In this document: positions 18,052 to 25,795 of the stretch, one piece after another
How positions within the stretch are numbered: position 1 is the stretch's first letter
Layout of the letters: each line of letters starts with the position of its first letter
Assembly: GCA_964524195.1 (NCBI GenBank)
Contig: CAZGCC010000001.1
Span: 1 to 48,209, forward strand
Reading direction: 5' to 3'
From: an uncultured bacterium
Lineage (GTDB): Bacteria; Omnitrophota; Omnitrophia; Omnitrophales; Aquincolibacteriaceae
Length of the DNA stretch: 48,209 nucleotides
Notes under the pieces: generated by a model
Database searches by the model: none
Seen by the model: the letters and a program-made list of their open reading frames with translations, nothing else
Told to the model about the DNA's origin: nothing
Translations under genes and position numbers: made by a program

Positions 18052-19413
18052 ATGAGCGCGAACCTTGATTACGCGTATGATCAGTATCTGAAAGCTCATG
18101 AAGCCCAGGCAGTTCCCGCCATGCTTCGTTTCAGTGAGAAACTGAAGAACGCGGCATTCGCCTATGGCCGGTTCACGGTCCCGGCCTTTTACAAAGCCTA
18201 TTTTGTAACTCCCAAACAACAGCATCTCCTGAAACGCGCTGCCTCTGCCTTCTCGCAGATCCTCAATAAAACAACCCGGCTCTATTTTGAGGAGGCGCAA
18301 ATGAGATCTCATTTCCATCTTTCTCCCGAGGCCGAAGAGCTCGTGAAGATCGATCCCGGATACTCCCAGCCCGTGGTGTTCAGCCGTTTTGACGCCCTTC
18401 TGGAAGGGGAGAGCCTGAAACTTCTGGAGTTCAACTGTGATGCTCCGGCCGGCGCCGCCTACGCGGACCAGCTGGAATCCGCGTTCCTTTCCGAGGAATT
18501 GATCTGGCCCTTCGCCGGAGAACATCACCTGGCTGCAAGCGAACGCGTCCAGGCGATCCTTTCGTCCCTGCTGTCGGTCTATGAGGAATTCGGCGGATAT
18601 GAAACGCCGCAGATCGCCATCGTCGACTGGCGCCATGCGCGAACCGCCTCCGAAGCTGGTTTTATGAAAAGCCATTTTGAATCCAAAGGGTATAAAACCA
18701 CGATCGCGGACCCGCGCGAGCTTCAGTACAAGGGCGGCAAACTTTATCATAAGGGGTTTCGTGTGCATTTGATTTACCGGGGGGTTTCGTTTGACGAGCT
18801 TCTGGAAAGGATCGATGAAGTTCAGGACCTTTTGCGCGCCTACAAGGATAAAGCGGTGTGCGTGGTCAACCCTTTGCGGTCGAGACTTGCCTCAAGCAAA
18901 TCGATCTTTTCTCTTTTGACGACCCCGGAATGCGACCGCTTTTTTACGGAGAACGAAAACGCGATGAAGCGCCAGCATCTTCCCTGGACCCGGTGTCTTT
19001 CAGATGCCGAGGATTTTTATGGGCATCGGAAAGTCTTTCTGATCGATTTTCTTAAAGACGAAAAGGAAACCGTGGTTTTGAAGCCCTCCGGATCAAGTCA
19101 TGGAGCGCGGCGCGTTCATATCGGCCGCGAAACGCCGGATGGCGACTGGAATGCGGCCGTAGACCGCGCCTTGAAAGAAGAAGATTGGGTGATCCAGGAG
19201 CAGGTCGCGGTTCCGGCCATAACGGTGCCGGTGGTGGTGAATCAGAAGCTGGAGTTTGCTTATAAAAAACACAATTTTAACATGCTCGTTTCTGGTGGAA
19301 AATACGCCGGCGGATTCGTTCGTTTAAGCGATGAAAGTGTGATCAATGTGGCGACCGGAGGGGGGCTGATGACCGCGCTCTGGTCGGATGTCGCGCCTGA
19401 GAACCACGCCTAA
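18052..19413 (+). CDS. Glutathionylspermidine-synthase-like / pre-ATP-grasp amide ligase family protein
   Basis: LKLLEFNCDAPAGAAY resembles the LLEYNADTP motif of GspS/YgiC-type ligases. VLKPSGSSHG is ATP-grasp-like. The assignment is from motif memory only. Confidence 0.45.
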   Translation: MSANLDYAYDQYLKAHEAQAVPAMLRFSEKLKNAAFAYGRFTVPAFYKAYFVTPKQQHLLKRAASAFSQILNKTTRLYFEEAQMRSHFHLSPEAEELVKIDPGYSQPVVFSRFDALLEGESLKLLEFNCDAPAGAAYADQLESAFLSEELIWPFAGEHHLAASERVQAILSSLLSVYEEFGGYETPQIAIVDWRHARTASEAGFMKSHFESKGYKTTIADPRELQYKGGKLYHKGFRVHLIYRGVSFDELLERIDEVQDLLRAYKDKAVCVVNPLRSRLASSKSIFSLLTTPECDRFFTENENAMKRQHLPWTRCLSDAEDFYGHRKVFLIDFLKDEKETVVLKPSGSSHGARRVHIGRETPDGDWNAAVDRALKEEDWVIQEQVAVPAITVPVVVNQKLEFAYKKHNFNMLVSGGKYAGGFVRLSDESVINVATGGGLMTALWSDVAPENHA

Positions 19414-19484
19414 GAAAAACCGAATTTGAGATTTGATTTTTAAAGGTTGGGGGCGTATCCTTAAACTCTGAGAGGATCGTACGG

Positions 19485-19934
19485 ATGTCCAAGAAAAAAC
19501 AAAAAATTTTCAGCCTCGAAGAAGCCGACGCCCTTTTGCCCGAACTTGAAAGAAGGCTCACCCACCTTCGGTCCCAAAAAGAAGCATACAGCCGCACGCA
19601 CGACCTTCTTTTTATGCACGAACTGGTTTGTGCCGCCGAACGGTCCAACGGCTTTTCCGAGGAAAAAGATGGCTTGGAAGAAGGGATTCACGCCCTTGAG
19701 GAGGCAATCGAGGCTTTGGCCAAGGATGTTGACGCGATCATCGAAAAAGGTTGTCTTCTCCGGAACATCGAAAAAGGGCGCGTGGATTTTCCGGGTCTTT
19801 ATGAAGGAGAAAAGGTTGTTTTTGTGTGGGAGCTCGGCGAACCGCAGGTCGTGAGATATCGTTTGCCTGGCCGCTCCTCCGCGGAAAAGACCATCCCTTC
19901 CCGACCGGTTTCCCGGAAGGGAAAAGTCGGATAA
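19485..19934 (+). CDS. DUF2203-like protein
   Basis: N-terminal F.LEEA.ALLPELE, then coiled coil, then G.LL....KG.VDFP....GE.V...W..GE. This is the pattern I recall for DUF2203. Confidence 0.55.
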   Translation: MSKKKQKIFSLEEADALLPELERRLTHLRSQKEAYSRTHDLLFMHELVCAAERSNGFSEEKDGLEEGIHALEEAIEALAKDVDAIIEKGCLLRNIEKGRVDFPGLYEGEKVVFVWELGEPQVVRYRLPGRSSAEKTIPSRPVSRKGKVG

Positions 19935-19990
19935 AAAGCGCCCCGCGGTTTCCGTTCATTTTCTGTTTTCAACCGTAAAAAGGAGTCTTT

Positions 19991-21421
19991 ATGAAAAAAC
20001 GCGCGCTGTTCATGGTTTTATTTCTAATGGTCTTCACGCAAGTCTGCCACGCCGTCGTGACGGCGCCGGTCCAGCAAAGCACGAGCGAAGACCAGAAAGC
20101 GATCGAGGTCACGATCTACAACAGCAGCATCGGGCTCGTTAAGGATACGCGTCAGGTGACGCTTCCGACCGGACAAGGGGAGCTCCGCTTCATGGATGTG
20201 GCCTCCAGCATCAATCCGGTGACGGTTAGCGCGAGGTCGCTTAATTTTCCGAACGATTTTTCAGTGCTCGACCAGAATTACGAGTACGATCTGATGAGCG
20301 AGTCGCGGCTTCTCGATAAATTTGTCGGCCAGAAACTCAAGCTTCTCCGGTGGAATGAGGATCTTAGCAAGAAGGAAGAGGTGGAAGCGACGCTTCTCAG
20401 CAACAACGACGGGCAGATCTACCAGATCGGCGGCGAGATCTACCTCGGGTACCCCGGCATCAAAGTGGTCCCTTCGATCCCCGAAAACCTCATCGCCAAG
20501 CCAACGCTCACCTGGCTTTTTTCCAACAAGAACGCGAAAACGCACGAACTCGAGGTTTCCTATCTCACCGGGAATATCAGCTGGAAAGCGGATTATGTGG
20601 CCGTGTTGGCCGGGGACGACCGCTCTATGGATCTTTCCGGATGGGTCACGATCGACAATCAAAGTGGGGCCATGTACAAAGACGCTCGCCTGAAACTTGT
20701 CGCCGGAGATGTCAACCGCGTGGAAGCTCCCATGCTGATGCGAAAAGCCGTGCTTAGCGAGATGATGATGGATACGGCCGGCGCTCCCCAGTTCCAGGAA
20801 AAGGCGTTTTTTGAGTATCACATCTATGACCTGCAGCGCAAGACCACGATCAAGGATAAGCAGACCAAACAGATCAGCCTGTTGGAAGCCTCAGGCGTTC
20901 AAGCCAAAAAGGAGTTTCTGGTCTATGGGTCGTCGAATTATTATTTTTATGCCATGCCGGGGCAGAAACAAAAGCAGGATGTGAATGTGTTCGTGGAATT
21001 CAAGAATTCCCAGGCCAACCATGCCGGGATGCCGCTTCCTCAGGGAACGGTCCGGATGTATAAAAAGGATACGGACGACAGCCTTCAATTCATCGGAGAA
21101 GATAATATCCAGCACACACCCAAGGATGAAACGGTACGACTCAAGATCGGCAAAGCCTTCGATGTGGTGGCCGAGCGCGTTCAGACGGACTACAAGCAGA
21201 TCTCCAACCGCATGCATGAAAGTGAATGGGAAGTCACGATCCGGAACCACAAGACCGAAGCGGTCGTGGTCGGCATCCTCGAGCCGCTTTATTCGGACTG
21301 GAAAGTCCTGACGAGCACGCATGAATACAAAAAAGTGGATGCAGCCACCCTGCGCTTTGATGTTCCCGTGGGAAAAGATCAGGAAGTAGTCGTCCGCTAT
21401 CGCGTTCAGGTGAAGTCCTGA
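19991..21421 (+). CDS. Secreted DUF4139/DUF4140 (MuiA-like) protein
   Basis: Signal peptide. VTIYNSSIGLVKDTR.V.L..G...L.F.DV.S.I.P.TV at the N-terminus and WEVTIRNHK.EAV.V at the C-terminus. Confidence 0.6.
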   Translation: MKKRALFMVLFLMVFTQVCHAVVTAPVQQSTSEDQKAIEVTIYNSSIGLVKDTRQVTLPTGQGELRFMDVASSINPVTVSARSLNFPNDFSVLDQNYEYDLMSESRLLDKFVGQKLKLLRWNEDLSKKEEVEATLLSNNDGQIYQIGGEIYLGYPGIKVVPSIPENLIAKPTLTWLFSNKNAKTHELEVSYLTGNISWKADYVAVLAGDDRSMDLSGWVTIDNQSGAMYKDARLKLVAGDVNRVEAPMLMRKAVLSEMMMDTAGAPQFQEKAFFEYHIYDLQRKTTIKDKQTKQISLLEASGVQAKKEFLVYGSSNYYFYAMPGQKQKQDVNVFVEFKNSQANHAGMPLPQGTVRMYKKDTDDSLQFIGEDNIQHTPKDETVRLKIGKAFDVVAERVQTDYKQISNRMHESEWEVTIRNHKTEAVVVGILEPLYSDWKVLTSTHEYKKVDAATLRFDVPVGKDQEVVVRYRVQVKS

Positions 21422-21459
21422 CCGTTTTTTGTCGAAAGAGCCTGAAAGGAAATCCCAAA

Positions 21460-22914
21460 ATGTTCCACTGCATGTTTAGCGAAGGACATAAATACAAGAA
21501 TCTCTTGAATGGCGAGTGGGTCGATCCCCAGGCCAAGCAGTGGGACAAGGTCTTTTCACCTTTGGACGGCTCTCTTGTCGGAGAAGTGCCCGCCATGAGC
21601 CTGGAAGAGGCCGATGGATTCCTGAAGTCTGCGGCGGCAGCTCAAAAAGCCTGGTTGGCGGTCCCGGTGAGCGAACGGGCCGCGATCCTTCATAAGGCGG
21701 CGGAGATCCTTCTGCGCGAAAAGAACGCGATTGCGGATGTTTTGGTGCGTGAGATCGCAAAGAACCGAAAATCCTCGCTTTCCGAAGTGACCCGTACGGC
21801 GGACCTGATCCAGTTCACGGCGGAAGAAGGAAAGCGCGTCACGGGCGAAAGCCTTTCATCCGGAGCTTTTCCCGGCTTTAGCGAAACAAAACTTTCGATC
21901 ATGAATCGCGTCCCGCTCGGGGTCGTGCTCGCGATCGCGCCTTTTAATTATCCGATCAATCTCGCGGCTTCCAAGATCGCGCCGGCGCTTGTGGCGGGGA
22001 ATGCCGTGGTCTTCAAGCCGCCGACGCAGGGAGCGATCAGCGCGCTTCATTTGGCCCGCGTTTTTTGCGAAGCCGGTCTTCCGGCCGGAGTCCTCAATGT
22101 TATCACGGGGCAGGGCCGCGCGATCGGGGACCATCTCGTCAGTCATCCTCTCGTGAACATGGTCGCTTTCACCGGAAGTAGTAAGGTGGGAAAGCACATC
22201 GCCTCGCTTGTAGGGATGAAACCGCTCCTTTTGGAACTCGGCGGCAAGGATGCGGCGATCGTTCTCGAAGATGCCGATCTTTCGTTGACCGCGCAGCATA
22301 TTGTGGCCGGGGCTTTTTCGTTTTCCGGACAGCGGTGTACGGCCGTGAAAAGGATCTTGGTTTTAGAGTCTGTCGCAGACAAGTTGATCGAAAAATTATT
22401 GCCGCTCGTACGGAAAATGACCGTAGGCCGTCCGGAAGAAGACGCGGATATCACAACGCTGATCTCGACGGAGGCCGCGGATTTCGTCCAGGAATTGATC
22501 CGTGACGCGATCCAAAAAGGCGCGAAGCTGCTTGTGGGCGACAAACGGGAGAAGAATCTGATCTATCCCACCTTACTTGATCGCGTGACTGTGGACATGC
22601 GGGTCGCCTGGGAAGAACCTTTTGGCCCCGTGCTTCCCATTTTGCGGGTCAAGACAGTCGAAGAAGCCATTCGCATCACCAATGAATCGGAGTATGGGCT
22701 TCAGGCCTCCGTTTTCACGGAAAATGTCGACTCCGCCTTCAGGATCGGAGCGCAACTCGAGGTCGGGACGGTTCAGGTGAACGGAAAAACGGAACGGGGA
22801 CCCGATCATTTTCCGTTCATTGGGGTTAAAAGCTCCGGAATGGGAACGCAGGGGATCCGGTATTCGATTGAGGCCATGACCCGGGCGAAAACGATCGTCC
22901 TCAATTTCCACTAA
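21460..22914 (+). CDS. gapN: Non-phosphorylating NADP-dependent glyceraldehyde-3-phosphate dehydrogenase
   Basis: Near-collinear with the streptococcal GapN sequence I remember: YKN..NGEW, VPAMS.EE.D, PFNYP.NLA.SKIAPAL.AGN...FKPPTQG, ELGGKD.AIVLEDADL, FSGQRCTAVKR and EYGLQAS.FT. Confidence 0.85.
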   Translation: MFHCMFSEGHKYKNLLNGEWVDPQAKQWDKVFSPLDGSLVGEVPAMSLEEADGFLKSAAAAQKAWLAVPVSERAAILHKAAEILLREKNAIADVLVREIAKNRKSSLSEVTRTADLIQFTAEEGKRVTGESLSSGAFPGFSETKLSIMNRVPLGVVLAIAPFNYPINLAASKIAPALVAGNAVVFKPPTQGAISALHLARVFCEAGLPAGVLNVITGQGRAIGDHLVSHPLVNMVAFTGSSKVGKHIASLVGMKPLLLELGGKDAAIVLEDADLSLTAQHIVAGAFSFSGQRCTAVKRILVLESVADKLIEKLLPLVRKMTVGRPEEDADITTLISTEAADFVQELIRDAIQKGAKLLVGDKREKNLIYPTLLDRVTVDMRVAWEEPFGPVLPILRVKTVEEAIRITNESEYGLQASVFTENVDSAFRIGAQLEVGTVQVNGKTERGPDHFPFIGVKSSGMGTQGIRYSIEAMTRAKTIVLNFH

Positions 22915-22920
22915 AAACTA

Positions 22921-22955
22921 CCAGGGACGGTTCTCTTACGAAGAACCGTCCTTGG
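22921..22955. terminator. Long hairpin between convergent gapN and phoR; probable terminator for the minus-strand operon
   Basis: CCAGGGACGGTTCT / AGAACCGTCCTTGG forms a 14-bp stem with one G-U pair. A U-rich tract is present only on the minus-strand side (TAGTTTTTAG). Confidence 0.5.
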
Positions 22956-23013
22956 CTAAGATCCAAATAAACCGTCACCACTTCACCCTTTACACGCCTC
23001 AGGCGTGTAAAGG

Positions 23014-24786
23014 TCAGGCCGGGAAAAAAACGGAGAATCGCGAGCCTTGACCGGGGGTGCTTTGGCAGGAAGCATGGCCGCCGTGAGCTTCCATGATGTG
23101 CTTGACGATCGCAAGTCCCAATCCCGTGCCTCCGAGTTCCTTCGACCGCGCTTTATCCACACGGAAGAACCGTTCAAAGATCCGCTCCCGGACCTCTTCC
23201 GGGATGCCGGCGCCCGCATCCTCGATCGTGACCGTGACTCCCGAGGGGCTTTGACTCGCCGAAAGAACGATCCTTCCTTCCGGTTTATTGAATTTGATCG
23301 CGTTGTCGATGAGATTCATCAAAACCTGATGGACTTTATCCCTGTCTCCGGAGAGGAGAATAGGTTTTCCGGAGAGGAGATTCTCGACCGTGATCTTTTT
23401 TTCACGGATCTGCGTCTTGAGCTTTTCCAGGATGGTCAATAATTCCGGAGAAAGATCGATCGCTTCCTTCCTTAAGGGCGCAACGCCTTGTTCGATCTCA
23501 CCGAGCGTCAGGATGTCTTCGACCAGGCGGCCCAGACGGTCTGTTTCCTCCGAAATGATCTTGAGGAACCTTTCGCTTGTCGGGGCGTCCTTGAGCGCGC
23601 CGCCCAGGAGGGTTTCGATAAAGCCCTTGATCGAGGTGAGGGGAGTACGAAGTTCGTGGGAGACATTCGCCACGAATTCCTTCCGCATATTCTCGAGCCG
23701 GCGGAGTTCCGTCATGTCATGAAACACCAGGATGCCGCCGATCGACCGGACATGGGCATCGAGAACGATGACATTTGCATGAAGTGTTTTTTTTATGTTT
23801 CCCGAAAGCTGGATCTCGACGGCGGTGGTTTTCTGCTCTTTGAAGGCGCGGTCCACGATCCCCTCAAGCTGGGGATGGCGCGTGATCTCGATCAGGCCTT
23901 TTCCCTGCGCCTCAGGAACCGCGAAGCCAAAGATATTTTCCGCGGCCGGATTTGCCGTCACCAGCTGTTTCCGCCGGTCTATCGCGATCACGCCTTCCTT
24001 CATATGACCTAAAATGACCGAGATCTTGCCTTTTTCGGTCTCGAGATCCTCGATCCTGGAGGCCAGGGAGGAAGCCATTTGGTTCATGGTCTCAGCGAGC
24101 ATCTTGAGCTCATCCTGCCCGTCCATCAGGATCTTTTCAGACCAGTCTTCACGGGCATACCGTTCGGCGATCGAAGTGATGCGGCGAATGCGCTTTGTGA
24201 GACGATCGCTGAAGAAAATCCCGGCACCAAGAACGATCAGGATGCCCAGGAAGGCCGTGAGCATCACGGTCCGTCGGACCGAGTCCAGGATCTCATTGAC
24301 ATGCGTCACCGGCATCGCCGCGCGAACAACTCCGAGAACTTTTCCGCTCTCTGTTATGGGGACCGCGAGATAAAGCATTTTGGCTTTAATGGTCATGCTG
24401 TAACGGAGGCTCATGCCCGTTTCTTTCCTGAGAGCTGCCGCAATTTCGGGGCGGGTCGCGTGATTATCCATTTTTGCGAGAGCTTCGTCAGTTTCACTGG
24501 AGTCGGCAAGGATCATGCCCTCGGGATCGACGACCGTAATGCGCAGGCCGGTTTCTTCCGCGATCTTCCGGATCTCGGACCGGAGCCGGGGGGTATCCCT
24601 CAAGAGAGGGTTTGCGATCTCACGGATCAGGACCGACTGCCGTACAAGAGAGCTCTGAAGCTGCTGAAGGTCCCTTTTCTGGAGGACCGTAGAAAGCGTC
24701 CAGTCCGTCACCAGCAGGACGAGGATAAAGATGACGCCGTAGAGCACGAGGAGCCGCTTGGCAAAACCGATCTTGGAGAAGCTCAT
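23014..24786 (-). CDS. phoR: Sensor histidine kinase, PhoR-like (TM, about 150 aa extracytoplasmic domain, TM, HAMP, PAS, HisKA, HATPase)
   Basis: FVANVSHELRTPLTSIKGF, the DRDKV.QVL.NL..NA pattern, GTGLGLAIVKHI and GQGSRFSVFFP. ATG 24786 lies 1 nt after the regulator's stop, with an alternative ATG at 24798. Confidence 0.75.
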   Translation of the reverse strand: MSFSKIGFAKRLLVLYGVIFILVLLVTDWTLSTVLQKRDLQQLQSSLVRQSVLIREIANPLLRDTPRLRSEIRKIAEETGLRITVVDPEGMILADSSETDEALAKMDNHATRPEIAAALRKETGMSLRYSMTIKAKMLYLAVPITESGKVLGVVRAAMPVTHVNEILDSVRRTVMLTAFLGILIVLGAGIFFSDRLTKRIRRITSIAERYAREDWSEKILMDGQDELKMLAETMNQMASSLASRIEDLETEKGKISVILGHMKEGVIAIDRRKQLVTANPAAENIFGFAVPEAQGKGLIEITRHPQLEGIVDRAFKEQKTTAVEIQLSGNIKKTLHANVIVLDAHVRSIGGILVFHDMTELRRLENMRKEFVANVSHELRTPLTSIKGFIETLLGGALKDAPTSERFLKIISEETDRLGRLVEDILTLGEIEQGVAPLRKEAIDLSPELLTILEKLKTQIREKKITVENLLSGKPILLSGDRDKVHQVLMNLIDNAIKFNKPEGRIVLSASQSPSGVTVTIEDAGAGIPEEVRERIFERFFRVDKARSKELGGTGLGLAIVKHIMEAHGGHASCQSTPGQGSRFSVFFPA

Positions 24787-24787
24787 T

Positions 24788-25477
24788 TCAGGCTCCATCG
24801 AAGCGGTAGCCGACACTTTTAATCGTGACGATCCGCTCCGCTTCTTTTCCGAGTTTTTTCCGCAACTGCCCGACATGCATGTCGACTGTCCGCGTTTCGA
24901 TATTCACGGAATTCTCATAACCCCAAACTTTTGATAAAAGGACTTCGCGGGTCAAGACCCGCTCTTTGGAGCCCATAAGGACGCGCAAAAGCTCGAATTC
25001 TTTCGCCGTGATCTCGACGGATCTTCCTTTAAGGCGCAACTCATGTTTGGTCACATCCAGCTCGATCGTTCCGGACCGCAAAACCTGCTCCGGGGATCTT
25101 TCCTGCGACCGGCGGAGCACGGCTTTGACGCGCGCCACAAGTTCCCGGGGGCTGAAGGGTTTGGTGATGTAATCGTCGGCGCCAAGCTCAAGGCCGACGA
25201 CCCTGTCGGACTCCGTGCCTTTCGCAGTAAGCATGATGATGGGGGTAAGCCGTGTTTTCTCGTTTTGGCGAAGGGTTTTGCAGATCTCAAGGCCATTCAT
25301 TTCCGGGAGCATGAGGTCCAGGACCACCAAAGCGGGTCTTTCCCGCAGGGCGGTTTCAAGCCCGGAGCTGCCTTTTGTGGCCGTAAGGACGCGAAAACCT
25401 TCCTGCTCGAGATTGTATTTTACAAGCTCGAGGATATTTTTTTCATCTTCTACAACAAGGACGGTTTCGCTCGCCAT
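24788..25477 (-). CDS. phoB: OmpR/PhoB-family response regulator
   Basis: VLVVEDEKNI, the DLMLP..NG pattern, P.IMLTAKG.E.DRV.GLELGADDYITKPFS.RELVARVKAVLRR and a winged-helix C-terminus ...TVKSVGYRF. Confidence 0.8.
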   Translation of the reverse strand: MASETVLVVEDEKNILELVKYNLEQEGFRVLTATKGSSGLETALRERPALVVLDLMLPEMNGLEICKTLRQNEKTRLTPIIMLTAKGTESDRVVGLELGADDYITKPFSPRELVARVKAVLRRSQERSPEQVLRSGTIELDVTKHELRLKGRSVEITAKEFELLRVLMGSKERVLTREVLLSKVWGYENSVNIETRTVDMHVGQLRKKLGKEAERIVTIKSVGYRFDGA

Positions 25478-25540
25478 GGCGGAGGCATTCTATCACACAG
25501 GATCTTCTCAAAAAAGTTTTAACCCTTTTCCGAAAGAGTT

Positions 25541-25558
25541 TTTACACGCTCTTTACAC
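25541..25558 (+). promoter_or_regulatory. Pho-box-like direct repeat pair (TTTACA-n5-TTTACA) in the phoB / giant-ORF divergent region
   Basis: TTTACAcgctcTTTACA with hexamer starts 11 bp apart. It lies 64-81 bp from the phoB start codon. Confidence 0.5.
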
Positions 25559-25679
25559 AACAAAGTAAAAACGAGTTGCTTCTGGGATGGTTTTTTCTCT
25601 TTTCTCTCTTCAAAAAAGCAAATTGTAACGCAGACCCTCCGCGATCGCCTATTCCGAGGCCAGCGTTGCCTCTAAAAAC

Positions 25680-25733
25680 TTTACATTTCTTTTACTTGTC
25701 CGTCACCGGGATTTCGCCCGGGGAAAGTAATAT
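25680..25733 (+). promoter_or_regulatory. Pho-box-like phased repeats plus a -10-like hexamer upstream of the giant ORF
   Basis: TTTACA (25680), TTTACT (25691) and a degenerate GTCACC (25702), all 11-bp phased. TAATAT at 25728 is 26 nt from the last hexamer start, the same offset as at 37486/37512 and 45190/45216. Confidence 0.5.
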
Positions 25734-25795
25734 CTAAGCGTGATCAAAATATATTTCGCTCTGTTTTCTGTGAACGCTTTTTTAGGGTGAGGGCT

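Noticed and set aside
18016-18768. 250-aa minus-strand ORF opposite the ATP-grasp gene
   Set aside because: It overlaps a longer, motif-bearing plus-strand ORF. It has no Shine-Dalgarno and no family resemblance.
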